From Lama guanicoe (taxonomy: Eukaryota), in the NCBI GenBank assembly GCA_013239625.1, contig MU057350.1, positions 23,093,894 to 23,157,893 of the forward strand: a stretch of 64,000 nucleotides of DNA, written 5' to 3'. Made by a program: the position numbers and the translations under genes. This document shows, in pieces, positions 38,571 through 50,029 of this stretch. The first letter of the stretch is position 1, and each line of letters opens with the position of its first letter. The notes under the pieces are model-generated. The model did no database searches, was not told where the DNA came from, and worked only from the letters and a program-made list of their open reading frames with translations.

Positions 38571-41500
38571 TTATTCTTTAGAAAAGCATTTCCTGGACAT
38601 TTGCTGTATGTCAGTTGCTTCTGTGTGCCCTCCCAACATTTTAGATTCAAGATGTCTCTGGATAAATTTATCATTTATCATTCTCCCATCTGTACACTGG
38701 AAAACTTGTTTCTGTTGATTGTCCATGTTTGTATCAATGGCACCAGCATTTTCTCCCAGTCACTCAAGATTAAGGCCTTAGAGTCGTCACGAATGCTTTC
38801 CTTTTTTGAGTATGTCATTGACTTTAACAATTTTTAAAAAACTTGTCTTTATACAAACGTTACACATTCCTTGTAAAAACATTAGAAGAGCACATGTTAG
38901 CTAAAAATGGAAAGAAGATTCCTTGCCATTTCAAATCAGTTGCCAAGCTCTGTTGGGTCTGTCTTTCCCTGTTCTCTTCTATTAGTCCCTTTTCTTGTTC
39001 CCATGATATCATCCAACACCCTCCATTGCTCACATCCTCACACCTGAACAGTGACAGCAGCCTCTACTTACGTACTACCAGCTCCTTGCACTCTAGCGTC
39101 CCCGTGGCCACTTCTGTGAAGGTGTGGAATGGTCTAGAGAGGACCCTAGGATCAAGAATGGAAGTTAGATATCTACATTTTCTCAACAAACTGTTAATAC
39201 TACCCTTGTCTCTCTGGAAGTTAAGGCGGCGTTACAGTTCTTGACTCAATTTAATTATCTACTGTTTCTTATGAAGACAGATGTACCACATGCCAGTTGA
39301 AGTTTTGCTTGAGATTCTGGGAGAAAATACCGAGGGGACAAAAAAGTTCTTCACTGATGCTTCTCCCTGCTTCAGCACATCACACGCAGGCATCCACACG
39401 TTACCTCCATTCCAGAGTCTGCCGAGGGCTGCCCTGGACTCTGTGGGATGGAGATGTAATATAGAGGACCTGCTATGTGTTGGGCACGTTGCACATGCTA
39501 CCTCTTATGCAGTCTTTACGACAGAGGTAGATATATTACTTAGTTCTGTTTTAAGATGAGGAGTAGGCACAAATGATGTGCTCAGGGTCCCGGGCTCGAA
39601 ACGAGGTCTTGATGCCTGGTGAGCTCCCTCAGTTGGGGAGAATCTTGGATGATCAGAAAGTCCAAGGGGCACTCCTCACTTAATCACTTCCTGGGTAAGA
39701 TTTTCTTCCTACCCTTTTTCTGGTAGTAAGTTTTGTTTGTAGATTCTGGAAATTGTCCCTTTAAATCCACTTGAACATTTGAGTAAAAAGAGGCCAGGGT
39801 CTGTGATTTTTTTGTTTTTATGTTTCATGGAAGAAACAATTTGGGCCAGAAAAAACAACACAAAACAAAACACTGAAGGCCAAAACAATTCTCAGTGGAT
39901 TTTTTTTCCATTATTGAAGAACCTCATTATCTCCTCAGAAAAATCATAAGAGCTGATTTTGAGTAAGTCAGCTCCATGAGGTACCATCTTCTGGGAAGTC
40001 AGCAGCAAAACGACAGGCCTTTGGTGTGAGGAGCTTTCACATAGTAGAGAGGTCTGGTCAGACTGGATAAGTGATACCCACCTGAGATACGCTGGGTGAA
40101 ACTACTTGCCTCAGAGGTCTGCACACTCATTGTAACAGGAGCTGGAAAAAGTTGATTGGGTTGCATTCTCCACTGCACCTAGCCCCATGCCTGTGACATT
40201 TCGTTTATCTCACTCTGCAGCCTGGGGTGGGCTACGAGAACAAATGGGACGTGGGCTTTGTCCTTTCTGTTGGAAAGCAGTTTCTCACAAAGATATCCAG
40301 AGTGTGACAGTCTGATCTGCTTAGTACGGTAAATGCTCAATGCATGTTTCTTACATTAACCCCTCGTGGGCACTTCCCTACTATGGCCGTCTTGGCCACT
40401 CCCTCTGGACCCACAGGAGCTAGGAGAACCCTGGACGTTCACATGGTGTTATTTCATTTTCCCTCCCACCTCTTCCCTGACAAACCTTGCTAAGTTTCTT
40501 TGAAAACTCTTCATTTTTGTCTCCTTTTTCCTCCATAGTAAGTACAGCATTATTTTTAAAATTGCACATAAACTCCTTTAAGAAGATATTAAACCCCCCT
40601 TGATAAAAAAGTAAATTCAAAAGATGATGAGATGAAGGTCATTAGCAAAGGCAAGATTCACTACCAGGATTGTCTGATTCTAAGCACTTTTTTTCTCTCT
40701 CTCTCAAGAAGGACCCTAGTACATTCTTGTAGAAATCATTTAATGAGGCCCACACACCATTATTTTGATCCGTAGAATTCAGCTTGGGTCTTCCTAAACT
40801 GACCAGATACCAGCATCCTCCATGTCCCATGGCAGTGTGGACAAGCCGTTCTCTCTGGGTGTGGCCCTGACTCTGTATGTGACATGGGAGCTGACAAGAT
40901 GGTGGGGAAATCACAGGAAGGGCTGAAGCCATGTGTTCACTGATAGCCTGGGCATATGCTGGGGAGACAGGCCCGCTCTCTCCCCAGACTAGACTCAGCG
41001 TCTCTGGAGAGGATGCGCAGGGCAGTGAGTATTTCCTTCTTCTGCTCTCAGATTCGGTGCCCCCAGCAGGTGCACTTAGAGTTCTCTATCATAGTGATGG
41101 GCATTCTTTTCCTCCTCTGGACCTCTGGGTTGAAGCCACAGACTTGAAGGCCCCTGGCTCAGAGCCATTCAAGGATGCTGCTTACCAAGAGTGAGGGGCA
41201 GCCTACCTGGAGTGTGTCTGGATTCTGAGTCCCCTGACTCCGCTGGGTAATTTCTGCCATTTAGATACTTTGCCTTTCCCCCTCTTTGCTCTCAGGGAAA
41301 TGTTTTGCTTTTCTGCTTTCAAAGCTTCACCTGTTTTGGGGAGAGCATTTCAGTTATGGCAGGAGAATTAAGGATGAGCGTTCCAGAGACGAGGCTGTCT
41401 CCCCTTAGCACCCCTGCTGCTTGTCTTGCGGCAGATGGACCCAAGTGGCCTCTGCTGGAGGGGCCATCACACGCTACAGACAGCTGGAATGTTCGGAGGG

Positions 41501-42440
41501 TAAGACGGAGAAGGCGGCACCATCCAGCCGAGGGAGCAATTGCAGGAGAGTCTGGAAACCCCTGTCTTCACCATTGTGTAGCTGTCAGTTGGAGTCCATC
41601 TCACAGGTAACATTACCTACCTCTTAGGTTCATATGCTCTCCTCCCCCTCTCCACGGTCCAAATCCTCCAAAGGCCTTTCTAGAACACTCGATGCTGTAA
41701 TTCTTTCTGCCCCTCTTGTATACACTGGGCAAGGTTGTCAAGGCATGTTTTAGTAAAACCCCTCCACCCTCTGGCTTTCCTAAATCCTTCGGAAAATAAT
41801 GTGAAAGAATGCTGTTGTTTTCAGGGAAGCATGTCATTTGTTTTACCGGTCTGTAGTTGATTAATTTGCAAATGATATTCCCAATAAAGTGCTTAGAAGT
41901 AGATAATTACAAGTATATTAACAGTTCCCGGGGAAGCAGATGGTATTCTGAGGAGCTGCCATGTAGCATTACTGCTGACGCTCCACCGTAATGTACCGTC
42001 TACCCCAGAAAACCACCACAACAAGCGCAAATCCTGCTGATATTCCAGATTGGGAGGAAATTGTGCTTTTTGCCTCACATTCCGTTCTTATCAGAATTTT
42101 TATGTGTGTTTTCTTCATCGCTCCAGTGCTCAGTGAACTGGGACATTTTACGTTGAGTCCCATAACTCTCCAACTCTGCAATTCTGAATTAGCCCCATTA
42201 TTAAGGCTGCACGAAGCAAGTTTTTAAACTCTTCGTCAGTGTTCCTTCTACCATGCCAACTATTTTTAAGTGTAGGTTATTCCGTACAAACATATAATTT
42301 CAATTTCCTAAATTACCTGAACCAACATGCCATGTTAGATAATCAATGATGAATTTTTGGATGCGGAAGACTCTCTGCCTTTTTCTTTCTCTTTCTGTGT
42401 CAAACACACATACTCAGGCATGCACACCTGCGAGTGTGCA

Positions 42441-42475
<35 letters not shown>
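42441..42475. repeat. (CA)n microsatellite
   Basis: Directly seen. Confidence 0.95.
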
Positions 42476-42477
<2 letters not shown>

Positions 42478-43229
42478 ATGTCTAGTTAGCATCATATTTT
42501 ATCAAGCCACTTGATAAAAAAGGACCGTTTTTCAGCTTCCAGTTCTCGGGAGAAAGTCTGCAAAATCTGTACATGTATGCATCAGGAGTTGTCCTTCTTA
42601 AGTAGGCTGGAGTTACATAACCGTTATGTAGACAAGGTTATATACGCAATAGGTCATGGGAGTTCAAGTCAAATGTGCATTCGTGCTCTGATCAGCTGAA
42701 GACCGTTGAGCCGTGGAGAAGAGCCTGTAGCTCAGCCAGTGTGACGTGGAGCCTTTTGGGGACCACGGACAGATCTTTGCTCCAGGTCAGGCTAGCAGTG
42801 GGCCACCAGCAAGGCCTCTACCTTCAGTTGCTGTCACCTTTGAATCACTGTTGGCCTGGAGAGGCTCTGCCCAGGCCATCACAATAAACCTGGAATGACC
42901 GTGCTCTTACTCGCCCAAGTCCATGGTCAGGTCTGTTAAGAGAAAAGGAAAGGGTGGTGACCAGTGTTTTCTCTGCTCTCCGTGGGTGAGAACGGGCTGG
43001 GAGAATGTGTGTGGGCCGCCGAGTGCTTTGTGCTTATTTAAAGCTGTCTCAGAGCATATGTTCACTGGCTTTTCTAGAAGCAGGCCTTGTGGTTCTCGCT
43101 GGGGGCTTACCCATTAGGGGGCTTAGTTCAATATGCAAGTAGGCTCCAGGATTCCCAACAAGTTGCCCAATTATCACCAGAAGCCTTTTTTACTGTTGAT
43201 GTACACTAGAAACTTTTTGTTTTAGCTGC

Positions 43230-43470
43230 CATTTTTTGTGAGAGTACCCTGTACCAGGCAGTGTGAGGACTGCTTTGAATGCATCATTCCATGTAATTCT
43301 CGCAATATTCTATAGAGCATACAATAGCTGTATTTCACCAAAGAAGAAATAGGTCGGTTTCAGAGAGGTTAGGTAACTGGTTCAAGGTCACAGAGCTAAA
43401 AAGTGCCAGAGTTGTGATTGAAACTCTCATCGGCCTACCACCAAAACCAGCCTCTTAACTGTGACATTCC
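43230..43470 (-). mobile_element. MIR SINE
   Basis: 'cagagaggttaggtaactggttcaaggtcacagagctaaaagtgccagagttgtgattgaaact'. Confidence 0.75.
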
Positions 43471-43974
43471 TCAGTATTTGGTTATTTTATGAAGTTAATT
43501 CAATGAGTGTAATTTAAAATTACTTAGATTATTTTTTATAGTTCCATGCAGGTATCAAAGGTGCCTGGATCGTCAAACAATGCACATTCTTGATTTTACA
43601 TTGATTATGCTCAAGGATCAAGGAAACAAAGACTATAGGAAAGGCATGGAAGATGTGGCTTGACCGGGAGGTTGGAGTCAGATTGGAAAAGATCTTGACG
43701 GTCAGATGAAGGAATCTGCACAGCATCCTGTAGGCTGTGGGGAAGCCATAGGAGTTCACGCAAGTGAGTCTCATGATCAGAGGAGATTTTTCAGAAAGAG
43801 TTTAGAAAGAAGATGTTTCAAGGAAAGGTGGGGCCGTAGGCAGGCAGTCTAGTTAGGAAGACTTTGGAACAATGCAGATGAGTGGTGCTAAGGTGCTGGA
43901 TGGCATGGGTGATGGAAACAGTAGGAGAGAGCATAACAGAGGTAGAATATGCCAGTGCAAGAGTGACAGTAGTT

Positions 43975-44190
43975 GACTCTTATCATCCTATGAGCAGGTG
44001 TCTGGCACTGTATTAAGCATTTTTAAAAAATGCATGAGCTCATTTAATCCTTACAATACCCCTATGAAGTATGTTGTATGATTTCCCCCACTTTACAGAT
44101 GAGGGCGCAGAGAGGCAAAGAGTGCCCAAGGTGATACCATGTATAAGGGGCTGTGCCTGGATTCAGTCTCAGCCCCTATCACTCCAGAGC
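43975..44190 (-). mobile_element. MIR SINE
   Basis: 'gctcatttaatccttacaatacccctatgaagta...cccccactttacagatgagg...gcccaaggtgatac'. Confidence 0.8.
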
Positions 44191-44635
44191 TTGAGATCCG
44201 GCTAACAGGGTGTCAGACCCTGGACCAAGGTGGGGTGTTAGGGTCCCACTCACCTTTTCCTAGACATACCAGCCACGCATGCTACAGGGACATGTACCCC
44301 TCTCTCCCTAGGACAAAGTGCATGTCTGGCACATGGGGAGAGATTTGGCATCAGTGAGTAAGATGATTCTGTTGTCCCCCCTCTTGGATCCTGGCAGCTC
44401 GTTCAACCTCCAGATTTCTTTCTATTTACCTCCCTTAGGTAGGAATTACCTTCTATATTGGAGTCTCTGGTGAAATGGAGATCAGAGGACTTGGGTTTAG
44501 GATTGTCTCTGTAACATAAAAGCATGTTTTTGGGCACATGACTTAAGGTCTGTGAGTTTCAGGTTTCTCACGGTGAAGGTGAGGATGAGAATATGTATTC
44601 ATCTAATTATGCTTTGAAAGAATGGAGAGTAACCA

Positions 44636-44752
44636 GGAGGGTGTAGCTCAAGTGGCAGAGCGCATGCTTAGCATGCATGAGGTCCTGGGTTCGATCCCTA
44701 GTATCTCCTTTAAAAATAAATAAATAAACCTAATTGCCTCTCCCCCTCCAAA

Positions 44753-44787
<35 letters not shown>

Positions 44788-44789
44788 AA
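44636..44789 (+). mobile_element. Camelid tRNA(Ala)-derived SINE (vic-1 type) with (TAAA)n tail and TSD
   Basis: 'ggagggtgtagctcaagtggcagagcgcatgcttagcatgcatgaggtcctgggttcgatccc' with Pol III A box (TAGCTCAAGTGG) and B box (GGTTCGATCC); non-tRNA tail; TSD aatggagagtaacca (44621-44635) / aatggagagtgagca (44790-44804). Confidence 0.88.
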
Positions 44790-46399
44790 AATGGAGAGTG
44801 AGCACCTACTATGAGCCGTGCACGTGCTAGAGGGGCGCTGGGGATACCAAGACATGAGTAAGTTACAGGATGTGCTCTCAGGAGTTCAGCGTCTTGTGGC
44901 TGGTCTAAGTAAGTAAATAAGCAGTTGCAATTCAAAGACTCAAGGAGATAATATTCATTACAGTTTTTAAAAATCAAAAGTGCTTTAAAATGGTGTGCTA
45001 TTACTGTTATTAACTCTATTAGGGAGTGTGAGAGGAGAAAATCAGAAAATGCCAGAGACACCCATGTTGGGGCTGAGTTCCCCAGATCTCCAAGGCTCCC
45101 ACTGGAAGAAATTACAGGAGTGTGGGCCCTCCAAGGAGGGCGCCATGCCCCCCGCCTGCTTTTGACCTTTGTGAAGAGTGCTTGCATGAACACACTTCAC
45201 TTTCAAAAGTTTAGAAATACGCACTTAGAATTGTAGATGATCAAGCATGAATCCCTGGCCGTAAGCGTGGGAGAATTGTGCTGATCTGGGCATGCACAGG
45301 GCCACGTGCCCTGCAGTTTGACGTCAGCACCATCCGGGAGGCACACAGTGTCTGGGCCCCTCTGCGTGGTTAGTCTGTGATGCAGTGTGCTTTCACGGCC
45401 TGTGAATCAATTCCCTCCAGAAAAGAAAAAAAAAAAAAAAACCCAACAAACACCATGCTGATGAGCTGGCTATACCACTGTTGAAATTCCTGATTTTGCA
45501 ATATTTAAGCACTTTCTCAGCTAAGATGGTGAAATAGGGTAAGCAGAAAATAAAAAGCCACATGGAGTCATTAGTATCAAGCCCTTTTCTTTTTGAATGT
45601 TGACCTTTGAGTTTCCAAATTGGGCAAAGGAGTAATTATCAGGAATACCTTTGATAAAAGGTTGTACAGTCACAATTTTGGAAAACAACTTTGTATTTAT
45701 AAATTCCTTGTATTTTTGGTAGCACTTTAATATCCATTTTCTAATTTAATCCTTCATTCCAACTCTGTAAAGTAGATGGAATATTTATCATTCGATTATA
45801 GATGAAGACAGTCAGGACAGAGGATTTGTGACCTGTCCCAGGCCCTTCCGCCTAAAACAGAGGGGAAAGGGAAGAGGGGAAAGGACATGAATATTCAGTG
45901 AGTAGCTACTATGTGCTAGGTGTTTAATACGCATTTGAATTTAATTCACCACACAGTCCTGGGGGGCTGACTATTCTTATTCCTGTTTTGCAGACACTTA
46001 AACCAGGGTCATACATTTAATATTTAGAGGCTGAGTTGGGAATTGGATCCCAGATCTCCTTAATTCCAAATCTATAGCTCTTTCTCTACATTTCCAACTT
46101 ACGTATTTTTAATGTTCTGAGCATTTACCTTCAATTAATGTGTACTTGTTCATACACAAGTTATTTGCATGCACTAATGTGCTACTACTTTAGGAACATC
46201 ATAAAACATACACAAGAAATGGAAACATCAAGGTGCAGGCAGATGAACGGAAGACATACCATTTTCTTCCTGCTCTTCACTTTGGAGACTACCATCTAGG
46301 TAGGCTATGCTCCTTTCTTGGCAATTTAGAAGCATACAGTTCATTCTATGGCTCATTCTCTTAGAAAAATCCACTAGGCAGCATAGGGCTACTTTAAGG

Positions 46400-46622
46400 C
46401 AGGGATTCTCAACAGTGAACAGTATTGACATTTTGGACCAGAGAACTCTTTGTTGTGAGGGGCTGTGCATTGTAGGATGTTTACGGGGGCATCCCTGGCC
46501 TTTAAGCACCAGATGCCAGTAGCATACCCTTACCAAGTCACAGAGAAAAATGTCTCCAGGCACTGCCAGATGACTCCTGTTGGGGGTGGGGGAGCAAACT
46601 CATCCCCAGTTGAGAACCACCA
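46400..46622 (-). mobile_element. MER20 (hAT-Charlie), near full length
   Basis: 'cagggattctcaac...tattgacattttggaccagagaactctttgttgtgaggggctgtgcattgtaggatgttta...aaaaatgtctccaggcactgccagatg...gttgagaaccac'. Confidence 0.9.
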
Positions 46623-46914
46623 TTTTAGGGTGATCAATAGGAATGTTCTCTTCCTTGCTAATGCCCAAGACGAAGGCATCAGGCAGCCCAGTTTGGAAGA
46701 AACTTTTTCTTGCCCATTGAAATTCATCCCGAGGACCCTTGGGCCCGGTTCCAGCCTGTATCCAGCAGCTCCTGAGACTGGCCAGCCAGAACGGAGGTCT
46801 AGCTGTTCAGTGATGCTGTCAGCCTCGGGATGGCTCCTGTCTCCATGCATATCACATCTAATTTTGACATCTTGCGCTTCACTGCCAATGGACTTTGACA
46901 AAGCCCTGTGTGGA

Positions 46915-47205
46915 AGACCATGGTGGTCCAGCGTGGGGCAGAATCAGGTAGACCTGTGTTCAAATCTGTCTTCTGCTATTAGTATCTATGGTCTTGAACA
47001 ATTCCCTTGACCTCCCTAAGCCCCTCTTTCCTCATCATGGTGAGACGAATAAGGGAGGGGAACATTTGTATCATAGGGCTACAGTATTTAGCACAGTAAT
47101 GATTACTGGCTCTTAATAAACATAGTAGCTGTTATTTTGATTATGACGATGATTGTATAAAATGCTTAGACTCTTTCCTGGCACATAGTAAGCACTCAAT
47201 GAATG
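46915..47205 (+). mobile_element. MIR SINE(s)
   Basis: 'gaatcaggtagacctgtgttcaaatctgtcttctgcta...tttcctcatc...cctggcacatagtaagcactcaatgaatg'. Confidence 0.75.
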
Positions 47206-49719
47206 ATCCAATGTTTCTGAGTTTGGTGAGTTTGACTAGACATTCCATGAAATAGGGACAAGATCTGTCTTATTTATCACTCGATCTTCATTCAGCCTGG
47301 CTTTTAATAGGTGGTCAATAATTGTTTGCTGTGAATCTATGAATGTGTGCATTCTTCCTTGTAAGCCATCCAACGTGTGACCATTCTCTTTGCTGGTGTG
47401 CTTAATATCCAACCTAATGGCCCTGGCTAGGTAACACTCCCAGAAATTCTCCTGCCCGCTTCACCGTGTACAGCTCAGTGTGAGTGAATATATTTGGCTC
47501 AATCATGGAAAGAAAAGAAGGAAGGCAGCTCAAACCTTTCTTATGACCTAAAGTTTAAGAAGAACTCTTCATAATTTTATCTAGTCAATGGAAATGCGGA
47601 AACTTAATCATCGGAATTGTCTAACCGTTCCCTTGGAATTGACCGAGATGTTTGCTGTCACGATATTTTCCAGAAATTCCATTTCATAATGCAAGTTTGC
47701 TTATCTGGTTTCAGGTTTTGATTTATTCTTTGTTTCCTCTGGCTAGTTGTAGAAAAATTAGAACTCTTTTGTGGCTTTGCAAAAAAAAATAACTTATGAG
47801 GTTGAAAAAAATTTTTTTTATTGGGAATACATCAAAAATCATCAATAAACCAGGCATAACAATGATATGGTAAATTTGGGAGAAAACTGATTACAGCAGC
47901 AATAGCTGATTTAAACTAATGCCTGGTTGCATCATTACTCAAACAAACACAGGAGCTACATCAGTTTTAATTTCTGTCTTGTTTAAAAATGAACACGTTT
48001 CTTTTCAGTAAATGACTGTTGATGATCTGTATCTTAACATTAAAAAAGGAAAAATTTCCACCACTTTCTGACTCACCGATGTTGTCTGTTCTTCAAGTTT
48101 TCAGCACCTCAAACCTGTAATTTTCGGAATATGCTTTATAAAAGCAGAATTAGCAGCACAGGCTTGTGTTTTGTGTTTGTATAGGTCTGGGGAGTGTGTT
48201 AGAGAGTGTGTGTCTGTAAGTACTTGTGTGGCTTTTGTCGTTTAACCTAAATGAGATATGCAATTGGAATGTTTTTTTTTTTCCTTCAAAAAGCATGTAT
48301 TCAAAAAACATATTGCCTCTCAACTTCATTGAGTAACCTCTCTTTAGGTATTAATGGAATGAGTGAATAGAAGCTTCCATTTTGCCTTGTCTGGTATCAC
48401 TCAAAAGCTGATTTTATGTTAAATTATATGTAATTGCCTAGCCACAGCAAAATATTAGAAAAAAAAGTGAAAGCAAGAGTAACCAGCCTCTTTCTACCCA
48501 CTGTGTCTAGGAAAGGCCATTGAGATTCAAAGGAGGTAAACAACTGAGAGACGGGAGGTTTCAGTGTTCTCCCCCTTCCCCCATCACCTCCTTCCCTCCC
48601 CCCTGCTTTATGAAAGTATGTGAAAAATGCAGAAACATTTTTTAAAAGTCAAAAGAAAATATTTAAAAGTTACATAAATTTCTGTCACCTCATTGCAACT
48701 ACTGTTAGCATTTTTTAATCTGGTCTCAGGCTTTTGCTTATAGAAATGTTCAAATAAAAGATTTGAAGTAATATTGCACGTACACTTTGGAAGCCTAATT
48801 TTTCTTTCATGTAACTTAGAGTCATGTGTATTGTGTATATATATATATTTTTTTTCCACACAAAATTGTGGACTTCCTAATTAGGGGAAAGCGGTCTGGC
48901 CCAGATATTTATTCCTATTCTTATGGTTTTGTGATTTGCTTATACCTCCTGTGGTATCTTAACTTGGCTTTTTCACTTGGCCGAATAGTCGTCTGTCTTT
49001 TTTAAATAAAATTTCTACATCTTTACCAGGGAATGAGTTTAGGCAAAAAGGACCCAGGTAGTTTACTGCAATTGACTTCCAAGTTTTGACTCCAGTATGG
49101 AAACGTTATTGCCCTGAGCCCAAAGAATGGAGCTGTAGTTGCCCTGAGCCAAGAGAGAAACTTAGCTGAACTTGGCCTTGCCTCTTTGAAAGCTTGAGTT
49201 TTAATCATTCAGGATTTCATTCCCCCCAGACCTACTTTAAATCTCCAATTGTCAAAAGTTTCTGATGTTCACCTCTATGTTGCTCTTTTTGAACATGGGT
49301 TACTTTACACCGAAAATGCATGGTTTCTTAACTGTAGCAACAGACTTTTTAATATGACGTGCAGCAGAAGGAGTCCCAAATATCCTGACTCTGACATCAG
49401 TGTTTTCTACATGGGGACTGTGTTTAGAGCAAAAACTGTGCCACACACTGATGATGTTTCCTGTGAAGAAGAGCCCTGGTAGTTCTTATCCAGGTTGGAA
49501 GCGTGGAGTCAAGACTTGTGAGTGCAGATCTACTGTGTAGAGAGGTCAAGGGTGGACATTTTGAACATGACTTTCAAGTTACCTTTTGCTAATTTCACAT
49601 CATAATTTTTATGACAGGTGTCACTTGCTAAATGTCTGTAGGTTATATGAAGTCTCTATCTGTAATCTTGACATCTCTCCTTTTGGTTGGTAGTCTTCCT
49701 TCTGGTCTTGTTGGTTTTT

Positions 49720-50029
49720 TTTTTTTTAATTGAAGTATAGTCAGTTACAATGTGTCAGTTTCTGGTGTACAGCATAATGTCCCAGTCACGCATATATTCA
49801 TTTTTATACTCTTTTTCATTAAAGGTTATTACAAGATACTGAATATAGCTCCCTGAGCTATACAGAAGAAATTTGTTTTTTATTTATTTTTATATACAGT
49901 GGTTAACATTTGCAAATCTCAAACTCATCTACAAAACAGAAACAGACTGATACACATAGTAAAAAGTTTTATGGTAACTGGGGGAAAGGAGGTGGGAAGG
50001 GATAAATTTGGGAGTTTGAGATTTGCAAA
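49720..50029 (-). mobile_element. Short young L1 with 5' inversion (twin-priming structure) and perfect TSD
   Basis: Poly-T then antisense L1 3' UTR to 49926; 49927-50030 is the adjacent L1 segment in the opposite orientation; TSD tcttgttggttttt at 49706-49719 and 50030-50043. Confidence 0.92.

Noticed and set aside
44636-44710. tRNA-Ala-like gene
   Set aside because: Followed by a SINE tail, (TAAA)n and flanked by a TSD; it is a SINE head.
49105-49155. Short direct repeat ttgccctgagcc at 30-nt spacing (similar short pairs at about 6056-6090, 14731-14751 and 25715-25740)
   Set aside because: Two copies only; ordinary slippage duplications, not an array or CRISPR-like structure.
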